Below, one piece after another: positions 15,093 through 27,553 of a DNA stretch of 64,000 bases. The DNA lies in assembly GCA_021613535.1 (NCBI GenBank), contig CP075493.1, positions 3,968,001 through 4,032,000 of the forward strand, written 5' to 3'. The stretch is from Adineta vaga. Lineage: Eukaryota; Animalia; Rotifera. Under the pieces are notes generated by a model that made no database searches, was not told the origin of the DNA, and saw only the letters and a list, made by a program, of their open reading frames with translations. Every line of letters starts with the position of its first letter. Positions within the stretch are counted from its first letter, which is position 1. The translations under genes were made by a program, and so were the position numbers.

Positions 15093-17232
15093 ATGGATAC
15101 CACCCAGACATTATCAATCATTGCTCAAGGTACCAGTGATGATCATCAACAAATAGAAAATATTATTCAACAGTCGAAAATAGATCAAACACGTGAATTA
15201 ACAACTGAACATATACAACGACAACATTCAATTCGAGTATGTATTGAAACAAAAGAAAAACTTCTTCTTTTACTTTTTTTTTGTTAGCTTGTTTCACTTC
15301 GATTACTTCCGGACTCAATTTTACTTGTGATCTTTTCATATTTAACTCCACTTGATCTTATTCATTGTACTCGAGTATGTCATCGATGGCATCTTCTTAT
15401 TTCACGCCATCAACAATTGTGGCGACGTCTTTTTCTTCGACCTGATTGTACAAATGGTTATATCGGTGCAGTTCATGTTCGACAGATCGAACCATTTATT
15501 TCAATACTCGGTACTCGTTGTGGTCCAGCATTACTTTACATTGATTTACCTGTGGAATTAATAACTGTTGATGTTCTACGTGAATTAGCTATACGTTGTC
15601 CAAATTTAGAATATTTAACATTAGATTTTTCATCAGCAATGCAACTACATGATTTTTGTGATTTATATGAATTTCCATGCAATCTTAAACGTTTATGTAT
15701 TTGTTTATCAGAAGTTATCTTTCTTGAAGCTTTTATGCGTCGAATTTATGGATATTTATCTTCATTACAAACCTTACACATTATTGGTACAATGGAAAAA
15801 CCTACAATTTCTTCACAAGATGAAATTAGTAATTATGAAACAATCAATTTAAGTAAAATCAAAGCAAGTGCACCGAATCTACGTGTTATTAATCTCTATG
15901 GTATTGGTTTTATTGATGATAGTCATATCGAAGCGATTGCATCAGGATGTATTCATCTTCAATGTTTAGCATTAAATTATTGTATTCGAATATGTGGAAG
16001 TAGTTTTAAAAATTTAATGCTTCGTTGTAAAAAATTACAAAGTTTATTATTACAAAATACCGGTAAGAAGAGAACTGAAGGAAATATTCTTTCATCATTT
16101 TGTTCGGATGCTATTCTTCGATTGATAAATCAATCAAAACAAGTCAATCAATGATATTTACAGAAAATATATTACATTGATTATCCAGCTTATCGAGAAA
16201 GTCCTTGAATAGAAAACAAAAATACAGAAATTGATTTACTATTTTTATGTTATTCTTCATCATTGAGTTAGACATGCTGACAGAGTTTTTTTCCTCTCAA
16301 TGATAACAACTATTTGTTTACTAATATATTTTTAAATAAATTAATTCTAGCTATTCAAGATGGACCAATGCTTGCAGTGAATTGGTCATCAACTCAACTT
16401 ACAGAATTAGATATTGCTTCAACAGAATTGAGTGAAAAAGCTTTATTAGCATTGTTTGCTGTTGTACCAAATCTAACATATTTAGCTGTTCCATATTGTG
16501 ATGGTTTTACCGATAAAGTAATGTTTTTTATTATGCACTGAGTTTTTATATTGACAAACGTTTAGGTTTTAAAATTACTTGTCGATCGTGGAAAATTGAA
16601 TGGCTGTCGAGCACTGGATTTTAGTAATACGGTTAATTTAAGTTGGGAAGCAATGTATCGTTTATTAACAACATCTCCAAATATAACTCATCGTCTTGAA
16701 GCTTTGAGTTATACAGGTAATGGTGCGATAACTGAACAATTTTGGATTGATACAATTCGATTTCTTCATAAAATTAAGTATGAAAAATGTTCAATGAAAT
16801 TTTTATTGAACGAAATTTTTCCCATAGAATATTGATTGTTGGTACAGCATATAGTTGGTTTCGAGAAATGTCACGTCGGATTCATGTTGATCAAATATTA
16901 GATTCATGTGCAATGCATTGTCCTGATTTACGACGTTTAGAAATTCAATGGGATTCGGAAACACTTCGATATAGTGATAATTCATCGAAATTTATTGATC
17001 ATCTTCGGTAATTGATTTGTCTTATTTGTCATTAATTAAGATGAAATGATCTTTGTTTAGAATTAAATGTACAAAATTATTATCTTTTGTTCTTCCTGAT
17101 GGACCTTATTATGAGGGAACAAAATCGAATTTTGAACGAGCTGAACGATCGACTGTTGTTCGAACAACAAATATGTATAAAACAAGTATAATTAGTACAT
17201 TGCATTTTTATAATGAATTAAGATTTAATTGA
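15093..17232 (+). CDS. F-box/leucine-rich-repeat (FBXL-type) protein, ~6 exons
   Basis: F-box (LPDSILLVIFSYL..TRVCHRW) followed by cysteine-containing LRRs. ORF pieces 15093, 15327, 16314, 16596 and 16787 are linked by GT-AG introns. Ends NELRFN* (TGA 17230-17232). Confidence 0.85.
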
Positions 17233-17442
17233 GAAGATAAATAGTTTTATTGAAATTATTTTTCTAGAAATAAATGACAATAAAGAAAGATTTGAAATAT
17301 GAAATTCGTTTATTATATGATTGTACAATCACCGATACATATATGGCTCGTGTATGTATGTTGAGAATGAAATCAGATATTTAGATCGCTTGATCTCGCA
17401 TCTGTTCTTGATTATGAAAGAGAGTAAATTTTAGTTAATACA

Positions 17443-18553
17443 TTATGATGATGGTGATGGTGCTGCATCATTCAATCTTGATCCTAAAAGTAAGTTTATG
17501 GTATTGTGTTTATGAATACCGTACCCAGCGATATTGAGGTCATCTATTATGAAAAGAACGTTTTAAAAATATAGTCTTAGAAAAAAAAACATACTACCGT
17601 GCAGATGTTTGCCTATATAGGTAAGACGTTGTTGTTCTATTGGTATGGTCGTTCTAGCTTCGATTTTACGCTTAAGATCTTTAATTGTATCTGATGGTTT
17701 GACCTATGAAGAAATTGAATATTTTAACATAAAGACCTATGTAAGAGATATTTCACCACTACAAGTACTTGTCTTCCATTCTGTACCTATGGTGAAATAC
17801 AAATATAATAGGATAGAAAATTAACGGCATTATTATCTTTAAAAAAGATCAATTACTGTAACAAAGATTTGAAAAGCAGTTCCATTTTGAAGTTTTGCAA
17901 GATCATCTTCATTTTTATTGTATTGTTGAACTCTTCAAAAACATATATGTACATCAATATATCAATGGAACTTATAATCATATTTCTTAAGATGTTCACT
18001 AGTACATTTTTTATCATGATTATAGTTGGAGAAATGTAAAGCCTTACCTGTTAGATAAATTTGAACTGATAATAATACTATCGTCTATAACTAGAGGTCG
18101 TAGATTAATTGGAATATTTCGAAGACGATCGATTTGTTGTTGAATTAATTGAATATCATTATTTAATGAAGCAATGATTTCACGTGTAGCTCCTCGCCTT
18201 TGGATAAGTTGATTTAATTTGTCCCGTGTTGTAGATAGTTTTTCCAGTGGTTGATTTCTGACTTGTTCATGTAATTTAGTTTGCATATTGCGATAAAATA
18301 GATCGATTGTTTCATGAGCTGCGATATGCCATTGTTCAAGATGGATAAAGGAAGGTGTTGTCGACGGATCAAAATGTTCTAAATCATCCAAGATGATATT
18401 AATTTGGTTAGCAATAGGAATCAATTTTTCATTCAATTGATCTTTGTGTTCTTTTAAATGATCAAGACAAAGATCAGTTTCACAACAGTGACATTTTGCA
18501 CACGAAGAAGTTTCACACTTTGCAACTGCACAAGCTGGACTTGATATATTCAT
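17443..18553 (-). CDS. B-box-like Zn finger + coiled-coil protein with probable C-terminal ubiquitin-like domain (Ubl exons 17443-~17933)
   Basis: Exon 1 has CAVAKC..CAKCHCCETDLCLDHLKEH and a GT donor at 18047. Downstream spliced exons read FQIFVT|VQNGRQVLVV|VKPSDTIKDLKRKIEARTTIPIEQQRLTYIGKHLH|DDLNIAGYGIHKHNTINLLL...*. The link between the two parts is inferred. Confidence 0.65.
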
Positions 18554-18761
18554 CACCGCGTGTATTTACTGGGAAAATTTAGCACAAAGAATATACTCGC
18601 GTAAGGTAAAAATGAAATGATTATTTTGCGCTTCCTTTAATCGTTTTTTTGCGTGTGATAAGTGTTAACGTGAAGAAGAAAAAGAACAACTAACAAAAAT
18701 AAGAATCAGATATTATTGATTAAAAAAATATTACTCATACGATATAGGCTTTCGTTCTCTA

Positions 18762-18775
18762 TTGGAAAATTCCAA
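18762..18775. promoter_or_regulatory. kappaB/NFAT-like near-palindrome TTGGAAAATTCCAA
   Basis: Lies ~210 bp upstream of the B-box-Ubl ATG. Similar elements occur at 28648 and 52644. Confidence 0.25.
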
Positions 18776-19156
18776 CTTTCATTGCCCAATGACTAAATTT
18801 TATCTACACATTGTACAAAACTGTTAGCAGGGACATTCATTCAATACAATATGGCAATAAAAATCTAAATGATTTATAATTATATTTTAGTCGTTAAAAT
18901 ACACATGTTCTTCTAATTAATAAACTCATTATTATATACCCATAGACTGTTTGGTTATTTCATTGTTACATTTACTTTTATAAATTTCTTTCATACTGTG
19001 TGAGACTGCTAAGTAAATATTGCTTTTTTCCTTCTTCATCCAAGTAGTCTATACAAAAGAATTGTCACGTGGCAGAACAAGCTGAAAAATAAGAAGTCTT
19101 TTGTAAATAATTCAAAAAAAAGGATAAGATATAACATTTTTTAAATTGAATATTCG

Positions 19157-19819
19157 ATGACAACATCTGCAATTTCTCCACGAGTTATTTTGATTGGTAT
19201 CGCTGGCCCATCAGGTTGTGGAAAAACGACTTATGCTACTTATCTTGTCGAACGTCTTCAATCACCTACATTACCTATTGGACTAGATGATTTTTTTTAT
19301 CGTTACAAGTTTATCAGTCATCCTCTTCTTGGTTCCATGCGTAGTTGTGAAGATCCTGACACTCTCCACGTCGAAAATCTACTAAATCTTTTACAAACAC
19401 TTAAACAACATCCTGAAAAACGTACCCGACATCATCGAAATGATGTTTCTATCATCAATAAGAAATATATTTACATTATTGTCGAAGGATTTCTTCTCTT
19501 TGCTCTATCTGATGAATTAACATCGATATTTGACATTCGAATCTTTTTCGATTCGACTATGTCTGAATGTCGTATGCGACGATTTCGTCGTCATTCAAAA
19601 ATTGATTCAAGAATACCTGATAGTCAAGTAATTATAACGGAAAAATTTCAACAATGGTTTGATTATTTAGTCTGGACTGAGTATTTAAAACGACGTGATT
19701 CACAAATGTCAAAAGCCGAAAAAACCTTTCATTCAGATGAATATCAAAATCGACAATATACACAAATAGATAATTATATTGATACACGTTTGAAAGAGAT
19801 TATCGAACAAAACTCATAA
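19157..19819 (+). CDS. Nicotinamide riboside kinase / uridine kinase-like P-loop kinase
   Basis: IGIAGPSGCGKTT, LDDFF, IIVEGFLLF, ECRMRR and WFDYLVWTEY (NRK-type C-terminal motif). Intronless. Confidence 0.8.
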   Translation: MTTSAISPRVILIGIAGPSGCGKTTYATYLVERLQSPTLPIGLDDFFYRYKFISHPLLGSMRSCEDPDTLHVENLLNLLQTLKQHPEKRTRHHRNDVSIINKKYIYIIVEGFLLFALSDELTSIFDIRIFFDSTMSECRMRRFRRHSKIDSRIPDSQVIITEKFQQWFDYLVWTEYLKRRDSQMSKAEKTFHSDEYQNRQYTQIDNYIDTRLKEIIEQNS

Positions 19820-19964
19820 AACTATGTTCTTGTCAGGCATTATTTTACTTGATTACATCATAGTATACATTGTTTTATTTATGACATTCTTTTCTTTTAT
19901 TCAATTTTCAATGATCGTAAAAAGATAAGTTACAATCAACGTCTTCATAAGCAAATAAATCGAC

Positions 19965-20252
19965 ATGTCATCAACTCCTCCGTTTAATACATCAGATAAC
20001 TATCCTGATCATCAGAAAGAAAAACTTAATTATCATAATGTGATGTTATTATTTGTATTGACATTTATCTTTTTGATATTATGTTTTTTATTCATTACTT
20101 TATGTTTTAAACAAAGATATCGAAATCGTGTTGGTTTACAAGAATTTCCAATAGTTCATCAACAACAAGAACATAATATTCATTCTTCAAACCCACCTCC
20201 ATATGATTGGTATTCACATTCATCTCCGCCACCACCTTATATTTCCAAATAA
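19965..20252 (+). CDS. Small single-pass membrane protein with two PPxY motifs
   Basis: One TM segment followed by basic residues, then PPPY and PPPPY in the tail. Confidence 0.65.
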   Translation: MSSTPPFNTSDNYPDHQKEKLNYHNVMLLFVLTFIFLILCFLFITLCFKQRYRNRVGLQEFPIVHQQQEHNIHSSNPPPYDWYSHSSPPPPYISK

Positions 20253-21075
20253 ATTGTATTTTCTTTTCTTTCGAGAAGTTAATAAACTTATTTATTATTA
20301 TGAATAATCTCTTAGTTTTCCATCAAAGGCAAGTCTAAATAAATCTCTCTAGACTCACTGCAAATATTTCGATGTTAATAATTACTACATTTGTCTATAA
20401 TCATCATTATTAAAACTGCCTATAGACATTAATCTAATCGATAAATCCATCACATATCTAAATAAACATCTCATGTACCTATCCAATGAGTCGACTGATG
20501 TAAAAATTGACTATGGGCAAAAAGCTAACGAAAAACATTTCATCGAGAAAATAAGTTTGAAACGACAAGAAAAGTCAGGAAATAATCGAAAAACTAAAAC
20601 TGTAATATTAGTCTATGTCTAATCAACATTGACATAACTTTAAGCTGTAAGTCATAGTCTTATCTCTTTCCTTGTCAATCAAAGGAAAATGCTCTAAGAT
20701 TAATATCTCTCGATGTACTATGTAAATATACATTCTAATTAAATCTCTAGACATTAAATGTGTAAAACAGTAGTAGAGTATATTATATATTTTTTTCTAG
20801 TGTTAAAAATTAATAAAAAGAACAAGAGAAAGAAATCTGAGAACCAATTTCGTAGAAAAAATAAAATCCACAAGAATTCTCATCGTTTCCTTTCTCTTAC
20901 ATCTAATCAATAGTTGTCGAGGTCTTCTATATCAGTTAGAAAATTGTTCTCTAGCTTTCTTTTCTTTCTATTATAGACATCTTAGTAAACACCATATTTT
21001 TCATTAGATCAGATAAGATTATCAACAAAAGATTTCCAATTATATACTTCACGATTAGTTATTGAAAAATCAAAT

Positions 21076-22333
21076 GTTCAATCAAACAAATCAATCTTAT
21101 TTTCCATATGTGGTTATTCGTTCTTTAAGTATCTATGCTCTTCTATTAGTTATTATTGGTACATTGGGTAATTTATTAACAATAATTATTTTATGTCGAA
21201 GAAATCTTCGTCGCTATGTAACAATGAGATATTTAATCGCAGTTAGTGTATGCGATATAATCTCATTATATGGGTGGAATTTAAATAATTTTTATAAATT
21301 TACAATAAGTTCAAATCGAGGAAATCTAGAAGAATTATCATTGATCCATTGTCGGATTATGTCATATTTAACATTTGTTGGATTACAGTTATCAAGTTGG
21401 TGTTTAACAGCTGTTAGTATTGGTAAGTTTCAAATGAATTCATAGAATTGATATTGATATAGATAATAATCTCTTCAGACAATAGCATGTCATAGAAGAG
21501 ATAAACTAATAAGATGATGATTGATAGTGTCTATATATGTAACATATCTGAAATCTTTAGATCGATGTTTAAGTTTATATTTTCTGACATGGAAACAAAA
21601 TTATGGTAAATTAAGTCGAACTAAATATCATATTGGAATTTTAACATTGATTTGTTTACTTCTCAATTCTCATATTCTTTTCTTCAATGGATATCGAATT
21701 CATTCAATTTCTGGCGAAATAATTAAATGTTATGCGACACAATCTAATCCATTTTATATATATCCTCAATGGGAACGTGTTCATCTCGTTGTTTATAATC
21801 TATGTCCCTTTTCTATTATGTGCATATGTAATACATATATTATCTATGTTACAATTCGTTCCGCTCGTATTCGTATACCAAATACGGAACAATTTTCTCG
21901 TCATCGGCAATTATCCATGATGTTAATGTTGATTACCTTTGTCTTTGTTGTTTTAACATCACCATCATGTATTTATTATGTTTTTTTTCGTCATCGAATG
22001 TCATCGAGTGAAGATTCACGTCTCTATCGACATATGGTACAGATTTCATTAGGTAGTGTACAATTTACAGCACATGCAATTAATTTCTTTCTCTATTGTT
22101 TTTCGACAAGAAATTTTCGTAATGAATTACGTGATTTTCTACTTGACATTTGTTTTTATACGGTTTTATCAAAACGAACAACGAGAATGAATGTCTCGTC
22201 GACAGAAATGAAGAAACAGTATTTGATGAAAAAACGTAATAATAATGATCAAGAATCAACATTAGAAAATCAACAAACTGGACAACAATATGCATTAAAA
22301 GATATACAAACGATATTAATTAGTGAGGAATGA
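21076..22333 (+). CDS. Rhodopsin-family 7TM GPCR, 2 exons
   Basis: GTLGNLL, SSWCLTAVSI|DRC (intron ~21423-21560 splits the DR motif), AINFFLYC..NFR. Confidence 0.88.
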
Positions 22334-23797
22334 TCTAAGTGATTAGCCGAATAAACATTTTCATTAGTATCATGTTTCTTGTTTATTATTTAAAAAAATA
22401 GATTTGGGAATAAATTTGAATGTACGAGTTTTTTAGGGAGCATATATTATATTTGCTCACAAAGGAAGAATCACAAAAAAATAAAAAGAAAATTTGTCGA
22501 TTTTGAGTAATTATTTATAGAGGAGATTAATAAAACTATATAAAAATTTTGGTATTTCATATATTTCATATATAAAATTTCAATAATTTCCCGTATACAG
22601 AAAACATTATTCTAGTTGGTTTACAGCATATCTTTCAATTTTCAAATTATCATGTACAACCCACTAGATGGCGAGAATTGTTTTATAATTCTAAGAACTC
22701 TTTTTCTATGCACATGCACATACGACATTATAGTACACATTCATATTTCCTAGCTTCTATACTATATTGATTGCAAAGTTGTCACGTGTGCTCCATTTGG
22801 AACTCTTTGCACTCTATTCTAGACCTAAACAGATGGCAACTCTGATGTTTTACATGATAATGATAGATTTGATCATCCACCAACTATTGTGTCAAACGAT
22901 AATTAGGCGCATTCAATATTCTTGAATAATAGTTGTCTTCGACGTCTACAGTGTTGTCTCGTTCTAATCATGAACTCTAACCTAATTCTCAAGATATTTT
23001 CGCATTTTTCGTGATACGAAATGTATTTCCACTCATTTGTAATAAGCGTTAATTTAAGATTTTTCTTTTGATGGTGCATATGAATTATATAAAAATTCGA
23101 CTTACGGCGACCGAGATCAGACTATTCTCGTTATAACTAATTGAGAAAATAAATTCATTTCGTTTATTTTTTTAAATCCCAGTTGTAAAGAACGCAGTGG
23201 ATGATCATTTATGCGGATATATGCCCTCTGCACCCTAACGACTGGTTGAAAACAACCATTTTTCTCCAATATTTATACACCAAAAATAAACTTTCGAACA
23301 AATGTTGTGTTTCATCAATATCTAACTACAACCAAGCAAAAAAGTTGTTGTACTGATATTTCCTGAAATTCAAATTTGCTAAAAACTCTTCGTGTATTTA
23401 CTTTTATGTCTAGCTAACGTAAGAAGCATATTACTAAATATATTTATCCTATATTGCTGCAATAACAGCATTATAGGTCACTTTATAAGCGTATGGTTTT
23501 ACAGCCTCTCTATTTTCCTGTCTATCCATTCCGATATCGAGTTTATAGAAATCGACTACAGAATGAAAAATCTAGCAAAATATTTTTCTTCTGCGTTAGA
23601 AGTTAAAGATATTTTTGTAAAATATCTATACTCTCATTTATATCTGTATACTTGGTTGTATCTCAACTTTATAACTAGCTACTCTAATCGACAAATTGTT
23701 TCCGTCATTGATAAGGAAAAAAAGAGTTGGGATAAGGAATGTTAAGAATAAACGGGGTAAATAAGGTCAATAATAGTATCTGTAACGCACCACGATT

Positions 23798-26088
23798 TTA
23801 TTCCATGGTACTTAATGGGCCAATGAGTTCTAAGTTCAAATCGGCACCTTCCTGTATCACATCAACGTGTTCAGTATCATTTGGTACTTGGCCAAGATGA
23901 GACGTTGGTACGATGGCTAGGAAGGAAAAGAAAAGAAAGGAGATCAAAACTGTCTTCAACAACAGATTAGAAGACATATCTTTACTTGGACGTTCAGCGA
24001 GGAAAGTTAATTGAAACTCGTATGATCATGGTATCGTCTTGTATATACGAGTTCCAAGACTGTTCGAGTTGTTCCAAGCAAACAAATTGTTTGATGCCGT
24101 ACGACTCATTCATTGTAGTACGCGGGCTAGGGCGTTGAAAACAGTTCGACATTAAGTCGGACCAAATTTGCCGAACATTATGGAATCGATTAACATTCGA
24201 TGTGCTCTGATCTTGTATTGCAAATATTATTTTACAAGAACATGGCCACTGTAATATGCTATCATTTTCACCATGCATTAATACAAGAAATAACGAGATA
24301 TGGGTTCCTCTTGTATCACCATCACCGTACAGATACAATCGCAGGCACATTTTATAGCCATTTAATGTATAGAAGGGTAGTGAGTAGATCGATTTTTGTC
24401 TCTCAGATCGAGCGTCATCTAGTAGGATAAAGATTATTATTATTTAGCACTTCCAAAAAATGATTACTTAATGTATCAAGAGTGAAAATTTGAAAATTCA
24501 TTATTATTTACTTATTACATCTCATAAACTCAGAGGGTGTTTAGAAAATAATTCTATCTGTATAGAACAATTTGAAAAATGCTGTGCTAGCTTGTTAAAA
24601 GAAAAATCAGGTCGCAAATCAGTGTAGATTGAATTTGATTTTATGTTTCTTTAAAATGATATTCTTTCACATATGGCATACATATACGAGCAGATTAGTT
24701 TCTTAACTTCGAAAACTTAAAAAGGCTATTCAAACTCTTTTTATATCTTCAAAATGAAAAGAATGGTTTAAATACGTACTGAACTTTTCCTGGTAACCTG
24801 AAATTTTCCAAATAACTGTTTCGCTTACAGTATCTCTTACATCTGTCGGGAGGTTTTGTTGTAGATTATGATGAATTTGACCTTCGCCTGAGTCTATAGC
24901 ACCATCTTCATGAATGATTACCGCCGTAGAAAAATGAAGATTTAGAGAATCGAATAGGTTTTGACTATTATCAAATACATTCTCAGTGTGACGGTAATGC
25001 TGCTGAGGTTTAATTATTTCTGTACGGCCGAATAATAAGTTTGAATCTCGTTCAACCTACAAAAAGTTGGCATATTATGCAAGTAAGAGATTAAGAGTTA
25101 TCCCGTCGATTCCATACTTACATTTATAGTATCAAGACGAGGTATTTTGTACATATGTTCTCGATCATCATGCTCCTAAAATGCAGAACAACAGAAGCAA
25201 CAATTCGGTAAGAAGTTTTTTATGTCTATACTTGATATAGTTTCAAAGAGCCACTCCAGTCGCATATCTGACAGGTCACTAAAAGCTCATTCATTTCTTT
25301 GAAAAAGCCTTTATCGAACCAAATCTAGAAGTTTAAAGATTGAAATAATCTTAAACTCTCAATATTTTCGTTCATACTTGTTCTATTGCAGATATTTCGC
25401 AACATTGGAAACAATTCATTCCACTAGAAATATTTAAATATAATCACTCACTACAAAATAAAACAACTTACTTATTTTTTATAATAATACAATTCTGACA
25501 TATCCGATGGCCACAGACCAGTTGATAAGGTTTGTGTAAAAATAACTTACAAGATGAGCATATATAACGTAAATAATTTTTTACGGTATCTCGTACATGA
25601 TAATCGTAAGCTAAAGAGTTTGAAGACCGTTTTGCTTCTTGAGGAGGACTCACATGAGCACTCGATCGTTTATTTGAGATTCGCTCTTGATCCATCAACG
25701 CTGTCTCACGTCTTTCGCTTGAATTCGTTGATGTTGTTATATGAACATCCATAACATTTTTAATTTTTCTTGATAGATTTTTTTTAAGAAAAAATCTGAG
25801 CTTTTTTAGTTTGTCTGAAGTGCAACGTTGAGCATGTTTTAAAGCCGCAGAATTATCACAGTAAACGTAGATAACTCGTAGCTGTGAAAATTCATATAAA
25901 GGATCACATATTAATTTTTCAATGACACCTGATGAAACAAACAGATTGATGACGTCTGCATTTGCCAAACTGTTTGTAAGATAACTTAATAATATCGATA
26001 GATCTAGAAATATTTTTATTGGCGGTAGGTCGGACGGTTTTGCAATGGTACCCGACAACAGTAATAAAGTGTCGGCAATGTCAGCCAT
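23798..26088 (-). CDS. TRAF-like protein: pseudo-receiver N-terminus + RING + Zn-finger remnant + MATH; probable 1-nt frameshift near the 3' end
   Basis: RING CSSC..PYQLVCGHRICQNC; exons IWFDKGF..CQICDWSG and VIWKISGYQEKF|NDARSERQKSIYSLPFY..GYKMCLRLYLYGDG..GTHISLF..LQWP (MATH). As assembled it stops at 23994. Removing one base at 24003-24005 extends it through intron 23917-23985 to a stop at 23798. Confidence 0.8.
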
Positions 26089-26576
26089 ACAAAGAATGCT
26101 AGAGAATCACAAATATTATTTAATGAAAGAATCAAAGAGTACTCACTGAAGTTCAATCAATAATTCTTTGTGTGAATGTTGAAACACTAGAATGGTAGAT
26201 ATCAATAATCTAGAAGGAATATAGGGAGTTAACTATTATGAAATCATAAAAAGGTTTATAGTTCGATACATAAATTTATAATCAAATTATTGATAGATAT
26301 AATAAGTAACAATTAAAATGGAAAAAAAATTTAGAAAATGTGCACGGATAACGATTATACATTATTAAACAACAGAAAAATGATTTAATAGGAAAAAATA
26401 TTGTGATAAATTTTACAATATATAAAAAATCACTATTGATATTCTTCTCATCAACGGCAAAACTTAAAATTATAGGGCATTACGAGTTGCAAGTGTTAAT
26501 TCAAATACGTAACTTCCACAGAATCTATGGAACTCGAATAATAATTATACGTTCATATCCATCAAATTCTTGTGTA

Positions 26577-27011
26577 CAAGGTGGCGCATAAATCAAGTTA
26601 CCATCTTTTATTGTGAGTAACTTTTGATTGGAACAAGATATAGACCTGCAGTTTTTACCATTCGAACAAGTCATTCGGACCATCGATCAATAGGACATTT
26701 ACAAAAGCACAAGACACTTTTTTATAGGACTTTTTCAAGTGTGATTTTTTCCGTCAACTTTCATTTTAATTATTTTAGATATACTCTGGTGATATAATTT
26801 GAGGTCAGACTATTATAAACAATTATGAAAGTTGACGGAAAATATCACACTTGAAAAAGTCCTATAAAAAAGTGTCTTGTGCTTTTGTAAATGTCCTATT
26901 GATCGATGGTTCGAATGACTCGTTCGAATGCTAAAACTGCAGGTCTATATCTTGTTTCAATCAAAAGTTACTCACAATAAAAGATGGTAACTTGATTTAT
27001 GCGTTACCCGT
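26577..27011. mobile_element. MITE/foldback element with ~180-bp terminal inverted repeats (Tc1/mariner-like end)
   Basis: 26585-26764 is a near-perfect reverse complement of 26825-27003, with a 60-bp spacer. Left end is TA|CAAGGTGGCGC; right end is degenerate. No coding capacity. Confidence 0.8.
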
Positions 27012-27488
27012 CATACGTAGAAATGTGAGAAATTTTCTAATAATTCTTGCTCAATAGCCCTGTTGAAATTATCAGACGATTATGACGACAAGAAAAGAGT
27101 ACGATATATGAATTTTAAGGAATCAATAAAGCATCGAAACTTTTGCTTTGGTTTCTTCGTTTTTCTAAATGATTAGAAAATACTTCACAATGCTTTCCAT
27201 TAAAATCACAATTCAAACATCTCATCTCATACCATTAGAGTTACTAGTAATAGTATCTCCTGTTCTAATTCGAACTTATACAATTACTAACTTTATGAGT
27301 ACTATGAAAAAAATCCATGAATCAATGTCTTATTCCACGCGTTCACTAAAAACTATTACGATACAATATTTAAAAAAAAATTATTTGAGAGATGTTGAGG
27401 ATAGTTATTTGTAAATAACTAAATCGAAGATTAGGCACATAGACAAAACGGGAGATGAGTAGATCAAACTAAAAGAATTTAAATCGAA

Positions 27489-27553
27489 AATTCATGTTAT
27501 GAAGATGATCATTACAAATACATATTGTAATGATCATCTTCATAACATGAATT
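27489..27553. repeat. Perfect 29-bp inverted repeat with 7-nt loop
   Basis: AATTCATGTTATGAAGATGATCATTACAA-atacata-TTGTAATGATCATCTTCATAACATGAATT. Confidence 0.95.

Noticed and set aside
23178-23245. Degenerate inverted repeat (CCAGT..GCAG / CTGC..ACTGG), possible TE remnant
   Set aside because: Too many mismatches, and no TSD or second copy visible.
23392-23745. 117-aa plus-strand ORF
   Set aside because: Non-ATG start, no motifs, and composition like intergenic DNA.
24421-24777. Long TRAF intron with AGAGGGTGTTT (also at ~60638), resembling a mariner end
   Set aside because: No matching inverted terminus found; an 11-bp match is expected by chance.
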